Counted from the stretch's first letter, positions 35,212-44,850 are shown. The stretch is DNA of 64,000 nt from Treponema sp. UBA6852 (GCF_002449305.1 NZ_DKDI01000034.1); one strand, 5' to 3'. Notes: generated by a model from the letters alone, not told the origin. Program-made: numbers and translations.

Positions 35212-36560
35212 TCTTTAAAGCCAAAAAGACTTCCCCACACGCAGCAAATTTCCTGAGCGGAATTATTTTTTTCCGGACAGATATTCTGAATCAGCGGAAT
35301 TGAATCTCTGAGATTTCCAGTTTTCCAGTCATCCAAAATTTTTGAAACCTGCCTAAAAGAACCGTCTGCATTTTTCACAAAGTCGTCCGGCTGCCTGCTT
35401 CTGAACACAAACGGAAACTTCAAATTTTTCAAGCAAATCTCAGACGAATCAGTTCTTAAAAAAATTCCATCATCATGCGAAAAAACTTCAAAAGAAATTT
35501 CTCCAGCCTGATAACTTCCTTTTTTTTCTATTATAACAAAAAAACCGCTTTCTGTCGCTACTTTTCGTTTCTTTTGAATTAAAAACCTTCCGTTGCAAAA
35601 TGAAAATTCAAGTCCGCCGCATTCTGAACAGCCGGCATTTTCAAAACACCCAGAAGCCAAACTAGATGCAAACGAATAAGGAATTCTTTCGGAAGCCTTT
35701 ACAAAATCGATTCCTTTAAAAATTATTCTGATTTTTATTGCAAGCGGAAGTGAAGAAAATTTTTCAGCATCAAATGAAACTTTCTCATTTTCAAATTTGC
35801 AGTTAATTTTCAAAAGTTCTTGTTCAGCAAAAAAAGAAAGAGCTTCGTTTTCCGCGCGGCTCTTTTCAGCCAAAGAAAAAACCGCATTCTGCCAGCCTGA
35901 AAATTCATTGTCCAAAAAAGGAACGAGCTTATTTCGAATTCTGTTTCTGAAAATTTGATTGTCAAAATTCGTGCGGTCAGTTCTAAAAGCTATTTTTTGC
36001 AACTGAAGGTATTTCTCAATTTCACTTCTGGAAATATTTAAAAGCGGACGAATAAACTTTTCTCGCGTCAAAGGAATTCCACAAAAATTAGCCGAACCTT
36101 GCAAAAATCGCATGGCAAGAGTTTCAATCTGATCGTTTTTATTGTGGGCAAGGCACAAAAAAGAAATTCCTTCATTTTCTATAAAATCTGAAAATTTTTC
36201 ATACCGAATTTTTCTAGCGGCATCTTCAATTGAAGTTTTAAGTTTTTTTGCAAGAGAAAGAATTTCACCTGGAGCCACATCATAGCGAACACATTTCACA
36301 TCAAGGGAACGGCATACGGACTCAACATAATCGGCGTCAGCAGAGCTTTCCTCGCTGGCTCTGATGTTGTGATTTACGGTAACAGCTTTAACTTGAATGT
36401 TTAGAATTTTTTTCAGAGCAACAAGAAGCGAAATCGAATCAGCGCCTCCAGAAACTGCAACTCCGCCACAATTGCAAGAATCAAGATTTATATTTAGCCT
36501 AGAAAGACATAAGTTTAAATTTTCCAAAACTCTAGCTTGAAAATCCAAAATAAATTCCAT
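35196..36560 (-). CDS. tilS: tRNA(Ile)-lysidine synthase
   Basis: PP-loop VAVSGGADSISL, HNKNDQIET, and the TilS substrate-binding C-terminal region. Confidence 0.85.
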   Translation of the reverse strand: MEFILDFQARVLENLNLCLSRLNINLDSCNCGGVAVSGGADSISLLVALKKILNIQVKAVTVNHNIRASEESSADADYVESVCRSLDVKCVRYDVAPGEILSLAKKLKTSIEDAARKIRYEKFSDFIENEGISFLCLAHNKNDQIETLAMRFLQGSANFCGIPLTREKFIRPLLNISRSEIEKYLQLQKIAFRTDRTNFDNQIFRNRIRNKLVPFLDNEFSGWQNAVFSLAEKSRAENEALSFFAEQELLKINCKFENEKVSFDAEKFSSLPLAIKIRIIFKGIDFVKASERIPYSFASSLASGCFENAGCSECGGLEFSFCNGRFLIQKKRKVATESGFFVIIEKKGSYQAGEISFEVFSHDDGIFLRTDSSEICLKNLKFPFVFRSRQPDDFVKNADGSFRQVSKILDDWKTGNLRDSIPLIQNICPEKNNSAQEICCVWGSLFGFKDWIVK

Positions 36561-36602
36561 AATTCATCTGCCTTAAAAAAGTTCCATTTTGAAAAAGCAC
36601 AA

Positions 36603-36635
36603 TAAAAAAATCCCCCTGCAAAACACAGAGGGATT
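36603..36635 (-). terminator. rho-independent terminator after the L25/Ctc gene
   Basis: The minus strand reads aatccctctg-tgttttg-cagggggatt (9 of 10 positions paired) followed by TTTTTTTATT. Confidence 0.65.
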
Positions 36636-36681
36636 CCATTCAGCAACTAAAAAATCTCATAATATGATTTTTAAAAACTGA

Positions 36682-37236
36682 TTATTTTTTTGGAGGTGCA
36701 ATAGAAACAACGAGAGATGCAGGATCAGAAAGAACTTCGATTTTATCACCAAGATTAAAATCAGCAATTGTAAATTTCTGTCCAATTTCAAGCTTAGAAA
36801 CATCAGCTGAAATAAATTCAGGCAAATCCTGTGGGAGAGCCTTTATCTTGATTTCAGGAACATGTTTAACCATGAATCCGCCTTTAAGAACTCCAGCTGC
36901 AGTTCCAGAATAACGAATCTTATAAACATAAGTAAATTTCTTCTGACCGCTTACAATATGGAAATCAGCATGAAGAGATTTATCTGTTTTAATATCATAT
37001 TCTGTATCTTTTATAAACGCCTTGTTTTCAACACCGTCAATTTTTAAAACAACAAGTGTAGTCTTTGTAATTGATCTCCATGCTTTTGAAAATTCATTGG
37101 CATCAATTTCAAGCATAAAGGATTCACCTTTTTCATTGTATGCAACTGCTGGAATCTTTCCCTGTGCACGAAGTTTTTTTGCATATTTTTTTCCTGATTC
37201 CGTGCGTGTTGTTGCATTAATAACAAACTGTTCCAT
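36682..37236 (-). CDS. rplY: 50S ribosomal protein L25 / general stress protein Ctc
   Basis: LRAQGKIPAVAYN motif and two-domain Ctc-type length (184 aa). Confidence 0.85.
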   Translation of the reverse strand: MEQFVINATTRTESGKKYAKKLRAQGKIPAVAYNEKGESFMLEIDANEFSKAWRSITKTTLVVLKIDGVENKAFIKDTEYDIKTDKSLHADFHIVSGQKKFTYVYKIRYSGTAAGVLKGGFMVKHVPEIKIKALPQDLPEFISADVSKLEIGQKFTIADFNLGDKIEVLSDPASLVVSIAPPKK

Positions 37237-37274
37237 TTTTAGAACTCCTTACAAATTTTAAAATATGTATAAAA

Positions 37275-37347
37275 CTGGGACGGCTGGACTCGAACCAGCG
37301 GAATGATGGCACCAAAAGCCATTGTCTTACCACTTGACAACGTCCCA
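37275..37347 (-). tRNA. tRNA-Gln (anticodon UUG)
   Basis: The reverse complement folds as acceptor tgggacg/cgtccca, anticodon arm atggc-ttTTGgt-gccat, T arm gctgg-ttcgagt-ccagc. Confidence 0.92.
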
Positions 37348-37368
37348 AAATATATGTGGACTAAAAAC

Positions 37369-37647
37369 TTATTCTTCAGAAGAACCAGTTTCTATATGTC
37401 CCGCATTATATTCTTCAAGAATTTTGGACTGAATCGCATTGCGAAAGTCCGGGCTGATTGGATGAGCAACATCCTTATACTCACCATTTGCAGTCTTACG
37501 GCTTGGCATTGCAATAAAAAGTCCAGAAGATCCTTCGATAATCTTTACATTATGAACAACAAAGCAGTCGTCAAATGTAACAGTAACATAAGCCTTTAGC
37601 TTTCCTTCGCCTTCAACTTTGCGGATCCGAACATCTGTAATCTGCAT
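37369..37647 (-). CDS. spoVG: septation/regulatory protein SpoVG
   Basis: [11 protein letters not shown]...[21 protein letters not shown]...FIAMPSRK is a near-canonical SpoVG sequence. Confidence 0.92.
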   Translation of the reverse strand: MQITDVRIRKVEGEGKLKAYVTVTFDDCFVVHNVKIIEGSSGLFIAMPSRKTANGEYKDVAHPISPDFRNAIQSKILEEYNAGHIETGSSEE

Positions 37648-37743
37648 AACAATCTTCCCTCTTTATAATAAAAATCTATAAAATCCCAAGCAAAATGCCT
37701 TAGATTTTCCTTTATCAAGCCATGAAGCTTGCATTTTATTATA

Positions 37744-38631
37744 TCAGTCGCCTAAACAAAGCGCAAGATTGAATTCTTTTTCAAGAAGAACTTTCGCCTT
37801 TAAAGCCGTTTCTTTTTTTTCAAAAATGCCGAACACAGTTGAACCTGAACCGCTCATGTCAGCAAAATCCGCGCCACAAGACTTGAGCCTATCCAAAGCT
37901 TCAGCAATTCCTGCATATTTTTTTAAAACAGGAACTGTAAAATCATTTTTAAAGTTCCAGTTTTTTACAGACAGATTGTAAATCTCTTCAAGTGAAATTT
38001 TACTCTGCTTGCATTCCAAAGAAAGAGTTTCATCTACAAGAGCATAAGCATCTTTTGTAGAAACACTGACATTTGGAAAAACCAAAAGCACAGAAAAATC
38101 ACTTCTATGCTGTATCTGCCTGACTTTTTCTCCACGACCTTCAACTACAGCTGCAAAAGGTTCAAATTTGCCGAACCGTTTTCCACCCTGCGCAGAAAGT
38201 GCATAAGTAAAGAAAAAAACATCGCTTCCGACTTTTCCTGCAATTGCAGAAAGAGAATCAATGCCCAAACCAGCTTTAAATAGATTATTTACGGATTGAA
38301 TAAAAGAAGAAGCATCACTTGAGCCGCCCCCCAATCCACCGCCGGCAGGAATCCTTTTCTTAATTGAAACATGAACCCCTGAATCTATGCCAGTCAGCAC
38401 GCAGAAAGCTTTGTACGCCGCAGTTATTGTATTTTGCTTCGGAAGTTCCATTCCAAAAGACTCAACTATGCAAGTATTTTTTTTATCGATTTTAGAAACA
38501 CAAATTTCATCAAACAAACCGACAGTTGTAAAAATACTATGCAACTCGTGATAACCGTCAGCACGCTTAGGAAAAATTTCAAGTCCAAGATTTATTTTCG
38601 CAGGTGCCAAAACAGTTATACTGTCAGACAT
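37744..38631 (-). CDS. ispE: 4-(cytidine 5'-diphospho)-2-C-methyl-D-erythritol kinase
   Basis: APAKINLGLEI, DGYHEL and the GHMP kinase motif IPAGGGLGGGSSDAS. Confidence 0.88.
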   Translation of the reverse strand: MSDSITVLAPAKINLGLEIFPKRADGYHELHSIFTTVGLFDEICVSKIDKKNTCIVESFGMELPKQNTITAAYKAFCVLTGIDSGVHVSIKKRIPAGGGLGGGSSDASSFIQSVNNLFKAGLGIDSLSAIAGKVGSDVFFFTYALSAQGGKRFGKFEPFAAVVEGRGEKVRQIQHRSDFSVLLVFPNVSVSTKDAYALVDETLSLECKQSKISLEEIYNLSVKNWNFKNDFTVPVLKKYAGIAEALDRLKSCGADFADMSGSGSTVFGIFEKKETALKAKVLLEKEFNLALCLGD

Positions 38632-38798
38632 ACACGAATATTATAGTGTTTTATTTTATTTCTTGTCAATAAGAAGAATTGAATTATGCATGTTTCTTTG
38701 TAAAAAAATAAAATTCAATTGACAAAAACATAACAGTATTTTACTCTTTGTATGAGGCTTTGTCAGCGGCAAACTAAATTACAAAAAGGAATATAGCA

Positions 38799-39092
38799 AT
38801 GCTCAATGACGACAATGTTGAATTTTCATCAATGACCGGATTTTCTTATGAAGACGATGATTTTTCAGAAGAAATGTCTGATGACAATTTTGACGACGAT
38901 TTCGAAGATGATGAATACGAAGATGATTTTGAGGATGATTTTCTAGAAGAATCTGACAATTACGACGAGCCTTATGATGATCAAGAGCCGGAAGACGGAT
39001 ACGACAACAGAATCCACGGATTTGACGATGGATTTTACAATGATGAAGAAGAAATAGAAGAAGATTCAGATCCTGCTGACATGAAAGGTTAA
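38799..39092 (+). CDS. hyper-acidic small protein (97 aa, roughly half Asp/Glu)
   Basis: A Shine-Dalgarno AAGGA lies 9 nt upstream of the ATG. The sequence is dominated by D/E interspersed with F/Y (DDFEDDEYEDDFEDDF). A terminator hairpin lies downstream. Confidence 0.55.
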   Translation: MLNDDNVEFSSMTGFSYEDDDFSEEMSDDNFDDDFEDDEYEDDFEDDFLEESDNYDEPYDDQEPEDGYDNRIHGFDDGFYNDEEEIEEDSDPADMKG

Positions 39093-39098
39093 ATTTAT

Positions 39099-39142
39099 AA
39101 AAGCATTGGTTGGATTTCAGTTGTCTTGCCAATGCTTTTTTT
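39099..39142 (+). terminator. probable bidirectional terminator hairpin between convergent genes
   Basis: Stem aaagcattgg/ccaatgcttt with a long (about 20-nt) loop, followed by a T-run. An A-rich tract lies upstream for the opposite strand. Confidence 0.45.
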
Positions 39143-39177
39143 GTACAAACAGTTTTTTTTTAGCAATGAAATATTTT

Positions 39178-40395
39178 TCAGTCTATAAATTCTTGAAATA
39201 GCTTTTTTGCATCGATTCCATTAATAATTTTTCCGTCGTCATAAACTTTCAAAAGATTCGCCTTTCCATCTGTAAGCTGCTGGCTTGTTATTCCGTAGCG
39301 AATTGAAAGTCCAGCCTCAAGCAATGCAGAATAATGGTCAGCAACACGAACCAAGCGGCCGTCCACTGGATTATATTTGTCTTCATTGAATGCAGAATTC
39401 AATTCCTCAAAACTTACAGGAAGAACGCAACCATCAAAAACACACCTATTCATAAATTCATCGCTAGTAAAATAAAGTATTTCATCGCAATAAAATTTTT
39501 CCATAAGCGGAACAAGCTCTTTTGAAACAATTTTATCTTCAATATCTTTTACAATCGCAGGAAGTCCATCTGTCGCTCGTTTTACAGGTGAAATTATATC
39601 GCGCGTAACACTTTCAGGCAAATCATGAAAAAGCCCTGAAAAGAAATTATTGTAAAGCCGTTTTGGGCACATTTTTACACCAGAATCACGGCACAAAAGC
39701 AAAGTCAAAATCGCAACAAAAAAACAATGTCCCAGCACAGAAGTCCGCGGAACTCTCGGAGTTTGATTCCATCTTGTCTGAAAACGAAGCTGCTCAATCC
39801 GCATTAAAAATTCAAATGGCTTCTGCTTCGTAATCAAAAGCTGAAGTCCTCGCAAATCAAGATATTTTTGCAAGTCGGCATTAAGTTCTTTACGAATTGA
39901 ATCAAGACGCTCAATTTCATTTACCGGTGAAATCATTTCAAGTTCACGCAAAGTTGAATATTTATGCGCTGCCCTGAAAATTTTCACAGTAAGAGGAAGC
40001 TCTTTTTTTTCAGCGGAAAAACTGCTCAAATCCTTCAAATAGAATTCAAACTTTTTTAAAAGCTTCTTATCATCGATTAAATCTTTGTAACGTTCCAAGA
40101 CCCATTCGTTAAGCCGAGCATATTCTTCTGGATATTCATTTTTTATAAGAGTCTGAACCGGGCTTTTTATATCGCAAAGCTGAATTTTTCTGAGCAAATC
40201 AAAAAGGCTCGCATAAATCAGCCATTCCCAGTCAATTTTTGCGCCGAGATTTTCTTCATATTTTGCAATTATGTACGCAACGACAGTTTTTTCAGCGTGC
40301 TTGTCCATTTCGATTATCTCAAAAGGACGAACCAAATCGTTCCAGCGTTCAATGGAAAATGCTTCGAAAATTTTCAGCGTAAATTCTTTTTTCAT
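39178..40395 (-). CDS. HD-domain phosphohydrolase, YfbR-like, with an N-terminal degenerate duplicate domain
   Basis: C-terminal half: RFQTRWNQ...SVLGHCFFVA...LFHDLPESVTRDIISP (H...HD...D pattern). N-terminal half: ERWNDL...DKHAEK. The start at 40395 forms a TAATG overlap with the upstream stop. Confidence 0.55.
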   Translation of the reverse strand: MKKEFTLKIFEAFSIERWNDLVRPFEIIEMDKHAEKTVVAYIIAKYEENLGAKIDWEWLIYASLFDLLRKIQLCDIKSPVQTLIKNEYPEEYARLNEWVLERYKDLIDDKKLLKKFEFYLKDLSSFSAEKKELPLTVKIFRAAHKYSTLRELEMISPVNEIERLDSIRKELNADLQKYLDLRGLQLLITKQKPFEFLMRIEQLRFQTRWNQTPRVPRTSVLGHCFFVAILTLLLCRDSGVKMCPKRLYNNFFSGLFHDLPESVTRDIISPVKRATDGLPAIVKDIEDKIVSKELVPLMEKFYCDEILYFTSDEFMNRCVFDGCVLPVSFEELNSAFNEDKYNPVDGRLVRVADHYSALLEAGLSIRYGITSQQLTDGKANLLKVYDDGKIINGIDAKKLFQEFID

Positions 40396-41195
40396 TATTT
40401 TGAGCTTCCAGCCTTTACATCGGCTTCCATTTTTGTTTTCCAAACAAGAGCTTTTTTTCTTATATTTTCAGATTCTGTGTTATCGCCAAGAGCCATTGCA
40501 ATTCTTCTGTTTGCAATAAGAAGGTTTATCGCCATCCGCATATCGTCAAGCCGCCGGGAAGCAAGTTCGTAACGGTCTCGGTATTCCATTGCGCATTTGT
40601 CCAAAAGGCTGCGCAAAAGCCTTACGTAAATCACAGTTGTTTCGTAAACTGGAGAATTGTGGTCAAAATAATCTTTGCAAGCCTGCTTCATGTCTATAAA
40701 ATTTTTTGCAACAACAGCATGACGGCCACGCATTTCAACAAATGATTCTTTCCATTTTGAATTTTCACCGAAAGCTTCAACAAGAAGATCAATCGCAAGT
40801 CCAATTTTTTTTACAATGTCAAGTTTTCTTCCAACCGGAACAAAAGCAACAGATGCCAAATGAGTTTCCAAATCAGAAAACGGACAGTCAACAATATTTG
40901 TAACAAGTTCTTCAAGATAAATTATAGATTTATAAATTGATTTTCTGGCATCGTTAAGAGTGTCATTGTTTTTTGTTTCAAGCATTTCAAGAGATATGCT
41001 GTTTATGCTCATTTGCAAAGTCGCCGTATAAATCATTTCTTCGCAAAGAAAAATCTTCTTTTCTTCAATTCCATCTTTCGCGCTTCTAAGAGCAAATGAC
41101 TCGTCCTTTTCTTTTTTTAGGCAATCGTTGATTTTTTCTTTTATAGGGCGGACTCTTTCATTAAATTCTTTTCGCAACTCATCTGATATAGCCAT
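40395..41195 (-). CDS. hypothetical all-helical protein (266 aa)
   Basis: No recognisable motif. TAATG stop-start overlaps with recN upstream and with the HD gene downstream. Confidence 0.5.
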   Translation of the reverse strand: MAISDELRKEFNERVRPIKEKINDCLKKEKDESFALRSAKDGIEEKKIFLCEEMIYTATLQMSINSISLEMLETKNNDTLNDARKSIYKSIIYLEELVTNIVDCPFSDLETHLASVAFVPVGRKLDIVKKIGLAIDLLVEAFGENSKWKESFVEMRGRHAVVAKNFIDMKQACKDYFDHNSPVYETTVIYVRLLRSLLDKCAMEYRDRYELASRRLDDMRMAINLLIANRRIAMALGDNTESENIRKKALVWKTKMEADVKAGSSK

Positions 41196-42892
41196 TACCT
41201 TCCTCCGAATTTTTGCAGCATGGCAGCTGCGTGTTCAAGCGACTGGGAAGAATCTGAATCTCCAGACAGCATTCTAGCAATTTCTTTTACGCGCTCTTCG
41301 CCGGAAACTTCAAAAATATTCGAGGCAGTTGTATTTCCTTCCACGCCTTTTTGAATCTTAATTTGATTATCGGCATAAACGGCAATGCTCGCAAGATGTG
41401 TTATGCAAAGAATTTGCTTTTTTTCTGCAAGAAGCTTCATGTGGCTTCCAACTGAAACCGCAACTTCTCCGCCAATTCCAGTATCAATTTCATCAAAAAC
41501 AAGAGTTCCCGCCAAATCTCCGTCTGAAAGAATTGTCTTCAATGCAAGCATTACACGGCTAAGTTCTCCGCCAGATGCGATTTTTGCAAGCGGATTCAAA
41601 GGAGAACCAGGATTCGCGCTGATTAAGAATTCGATATTGTCCATTCCGTAAGGACCGCATTTTTGCTCAACCGCATTTCCTTCTTTTTCAGTAAGCCCAA
41701 CGCAAAATTTTGTGTCTTTCATTCCAAGACTGCAAAGAATTTTTTCAACATCAAGCGACATTTTTTCCGCAGAAACTTTCCGCTTTTCACTAAGCGATTT
41801 TGCAAGAATATAAACTTTTTTTTCAAGTTCTGAAATTTCTTTTTCCAAAGCTGATTTATCCAAAGCTGAACCGCCAAGCTCTTCAAGCTGCCTAGAAGCA
41901 TTTTCAGCATAAGAAAGAAGATCGGCGACAGATGAATTTCGGCCTGTGTATTTTTGTTTCAGTCTAAAAATAAGTTCAAGCCGCTCCTGAACTTGCTCAA
42001 GTCGCTCCGGGTCAAAAACAAGCGAACTTGAATATCTCCTAAACTCGCCTGCAATGTCGTCAATTTCGTAAAACGCAGACTGAAGCCTGTTTTCAAGAGG
42101 CTCAAGGGATTTATCAGAATCCAAGGCTTTTGATGCAGTTCCGCAAACTTTTTTGAGCAGGAAAACAATTCCGTTTTCACCTTTACCTTCAAAAGCGGAA
42201 TTTATTTCTTCAATATCAGCGTAAAGTTTTTCAAATGATGACAATCTGTTTTCTTCCGCCTCAAGTTCTTCATCTTCTCCAGCTTTTAAATTTGCGTCGG
42301 AAATTTCAGAAACCGCAAAATTCAGCATATCGATTTTTGCATTTCGCTCAGATTCATTGCTGTTAAGGTTTTCAAGAATTTTTCTTTTTTCAACAAGCTG
42401 ATTATAAATTGAAGTGAATGACGAAACTTCGCCGACAATTCCAGCGTAAATATCAAGATAACGGCGATGCTCGGCAACTTTCATAAGCGACTGTTGCTCA
42501 TGCTGCCCGTGAATATCAACAAGAAATGCAGAAAACTCAGCAAGAATCGCTCTTGTTACAGGAGTTCCGTCAATCCAAGCTGAAGATTTTCCATTGTCGC
42601 GGATAACTCGCCGGATTATTATGCGGTTTTCTTCAGATTCAATTCCATGCTCTTCAAGCCAAAGAAAAGTCTCTTTGTTTTCAAGGAAAAATACACCGGA
42701 AACTTGAGCTTCATGGCAGCCAGTGCGAATTTGTTCTGAGCCAGATTTTCCACCGAGCAAAAAGGCAAGGCTCCCAATCAAAATTGATTTTCCAGCTCCA
42801 GTTTCACCGCTTAAAACAGTAAAGCCTTTTTCAAATTCGATGTGCGCGCTTTCAATAAGAGCGAAATTTTTTATATCGAGTTCTTCAAGCAC
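41195..42892 (-). CDS. recN: DNA repair protein RecN
   Basis: MLEELDIKNFALIE N-terminus, Walker A GETGAGKSIL, SMC-like coiled coil, and signature SGGELSRVMLAL with LVFDEIDTGIGG. GTG start. Confidence 0.92.
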   Translation of the reverse strand: MLEELDIKNFALIESAHIEFEKGFTVLSGETGAGKSILIGSLAFLLGGKSGSEQIRTGCHEAQVSGVFFLENKETFLWLEEHGIESEENRIIIRRVIRDNGKSSAWIDGTPVTRAILAEFSAFLVDIHGQHEQQSLMKVAEHRRYLDIYAGIVGEVSSFTSIYNQLVEKRKILENLNSNESERNAKIDMLNFAVSEISDANLKAGEDEELEAEENRLSSFEKLYADIEEINSAFEGKGENGIVFLLKKVCGTASKALDSDKSLEPLENRLQSAFYEIDDIAGEFRRYSSSLVFDPERLEQVQERLELIFRLKQKYTGRNSSVADLLSYAENASRQLEELGGSALDKSALEKEISELEKKVYILAKSLSEKRKVSAEKMSLDVEKILCSLGMKDTKFCVGLTEKEGNAVEQKCGPYGMDNIEFLISANPGSPLNPLAKIASGGELSRVMLALKTILSDGDLAGTLVFDEIDTGIGGEVAVSVGSHMKLLAEKKQILCITHLASIAVYADNQIKIQKGVEGNTTASNIFEVSGEERVKEIARMLSGDSDSSQSLEHAAAMLQKFGGR

Positions 42893-43739
42893 GTGGACCT
42901 CCTGACCAGTTTAGTTTGCTCTGCAATGCAGAAAAAAATTTTTCCTGTGTAGAACAAATAAGCTTTGCCCGAAATTCTGGTATCTTTAAAATTAAAGCAT
43001 CGCCTTCTTTCAATTCAAAATCAATCTGACCATCGCAAGTCAAAGAAGCATCTGAACGGCTGCTCATCAAAGTTATTACAATTTCGCCTTTTTCTCCAAA
43101 AACCAAAGGTCTCGCAGACAAACTGAAAGAACTTACCGGCGTCAAAACTAAAGCAGAAAGCTCCGGCTCCACAATCGGCCCGCCAGCAGCAGCAGAATAA
43201 GCAGTAGAGCCTGTCGGAGTTGAAACAATTATTCCGTTTGTTTTAAAAGGTCCTAAAAGAGCGTGATTGTAAGCCACATTTAAATTTACAAGATGAGAAG
43301 ATGGACAACTTGAAATAACACAGTCATTCATTCCGCAGCACCTGAAAACAGTTTTTCCTTTTCTCAAAACTTCACACTGAACTAGAGAGCGGCTGCTTAT
43401 GTAGCATTTTTTCTTTAAGAAAAGCTCCATTTCTTTTTTCCAATTGTCTTTTGGAACTGCCGCGATAAAACCAAATTCACCCAAGTTTATTGGAAAAACT
43501 GGAATTCCTAAAGGCGCGCATCCACGGCAGGCAAACAAAACAGTTCCGTCGCCTCCCAAAGTTACAACAAAATCATAGCCTGAAAAATCAATGTTAAGAA
43601 TTTTTGAGCGGACCTCTTTTCCGTCATATAAAAAAAGTGAATTTTCAATATTTTCTTTTTTCAAAAACGCTGAAATTTCATTTCCCAAAAACTCGGCGTT
43701 TTCTTTAAAAGAATTAGCTATGATAAGACATTTTTTCAT
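42885..43739 (-). CDS. nadK: NAD+ kinase
   Basis: TLGGDGTVLFA and INLGEFGFIA motifs. The start at Met 43739 gives an ATGA overlap with the upstream stop. 8-nt overlap with recN. Confidence 0.85.
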   Translation of the reverse strand: MKKCLIIANSFKENAEFLGNEISAFLKKENIENSLFLYDGKEVRSKILNIDFSGYDFVVTLGGDGTVLFACRGCAPLGIPVFPINLGEFGFIAAVPKDNWKKEMELFLKKKCYISSRSLVQCEVLRKGKTVFRCCGMNDCVISSCPSSHLVNLNVAYNHALLGPFKTNGIIVSTPTGSTAYSAAAGGPIVEPELSALVLTPVSSFSLSARPLVFGEKGEIVITLMSSRSDASLTCDGQIDFELKEGDALILKIPEFRAKLICSTQEKFFSALQSKLNWSGGPRA

Positions 43740-44812
43740 GGTAAAGAAGACAACACCTTTACAATCTGAGCCGCATCTTTTTGACCCAGCCGAGGATACA
43801 ATGGGAATAATGCGCAGCGCAACAAAAGTGAATTCGCGCAAATACATTCAGAAGCCAGTTCTTCCTGCCTGAGAGCAATTACAGAATTTTCAAAAGCCTG
43901 GCGGATTTCAATGTTTTTTTTCTGCGCATAGGACTTTACATCTTTAAATCCTGAATTCAAAACCAAAGGAAATGAATAAATTGTAGAACCGTCTTCCGCC
44001 GCGCGCACAAAGGTTTTATGCCGGCCAGACATTACAGCTCTTGAAAACAAAGCAAACAACTCGCGCCTTGTTTTTTCATTCCGCGAAAATTCTTTTAACT
44101 CAACAAGTGCTAAAGCCGCATTCATGTCAGGCAAAATATCTGTAAAAGGAGCTTCGTCCGCAATATGCTTTAAAACTGTCCATTCTCGGCGATTTGGAGC
44201 TATAAGCAATGCGCCGCCGCCAGAAGTTATAATATCCTTGTCTTCCATTCCAAGAATAGCGTAAAGACCGTACATTCCGGCTTTTTTCTCTACAGCGGCT
44301 TTCTGCTCTTCTCCTTCTTTTTTTTCAGGCTGTTCTTCAGCAGGATAAGTTGCAAAAACCGATTGCGAAATATCTTCAACGATAGGAATTCCAAGCTCCA
44401 AAAATGATTTAATTTCAGGAAGGATTCCCATTGTTTCATTTAAAATCAAAAGACGTCCACCATTTTTTATACATTTTTCAACAGACTCAATTGTTACAAG
44501 CCCATTTCCTTCACAAACATCAGCAGCAAGAACTTTATATCCTAATTTTTCCGCAGTAAGCAACTGATAAGACGGAGCAAGCGCGCTTACAATAACACCG
44601 CTTTCTTTTGGCAGATTCAAGGCTTTAAAAATGTACTCCAATGCAATAGCTGGACTTCTCAAGGCAATTGCGCCATCAAATCCAATCAGTTCTTTTGCAG
44701 TCTGAACAAGCCTCGTGTTCATTTCACCAGGTCCGATTTTTTCATCAACCATGCAGGTAAGAACAGCTTCCATTTCTTTGCGGCGAATTGTAGAACTATA
44801 AGTATGAATCAT
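43736..44812 (-). CDS. DegT/DnrJ/EryC1/StrS-like PLP-dependent aminotransferase family protein
   Basis: The N-terminal region and the segment MEDKDIITSGGGALLI resemble the family's Lys-containing active-site strand (K.ITTGEGG). It carries a charged insertion (EEQPEKKEGEEQKAAVEKK). Confidence 0.45.
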   Translation of the reverse strand: MIHTYSSTIRRKEMEAVLTCMVDEKIGPGEMNTRLVQTAKELIGFDGAIALRSPAIALEYIFKALNLPKESGVIVSALAPSYQLLTAEKLGYKVLAADVCEGNGLVTIESVEKCIKNGGRLLILNETMGILPEIKSFLELGIPIVEDISQSVFATYPAEEQPEKKEGEEQKAAVEKKAGMYGLYAILGMEDKDIITSGGGALLIAPNRREWTVLKHIADEAPFTDILPDMNAALALVELKEFSRNEKTRRELFALFSRAVMSGRHKTFVRAAEDGSTIYSFPLVLNSGFKDVKSYAQKKNIEIRQAFENSVIALRQEELASECICANSLLLRCALFPLYPRLGQKDAAQIVKVLSSLP

Positions 44813-44850
44813 TTTAAATTCCTAAAAACATAATATTCACAGAAACAATA

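Noticed and set aside
38803-39132. 109-aa His/Arg/Leu-rich ORF antisense to the hyper-acidic protein gene
   Set aside because: It is the mirror image of GAT/GAA-rich coding sequence. It has no start context and overlaps the terminator hairpin.
43740-43847. Upstream extensions of nadK (36 codons); similarly of the HD gene (16 codons, to 40443), scpA (15 codons, to 19307), scpB (7 codons, to 18531) and rluB (37 codons, to 17954)
   Set aside because: In each case an internal Met gives a canonical family N-terminus and a classic ATGA or TAATG stop-start junction, or a short gap, with the upstream gene. The extensions would overlap upstream coding sequence.
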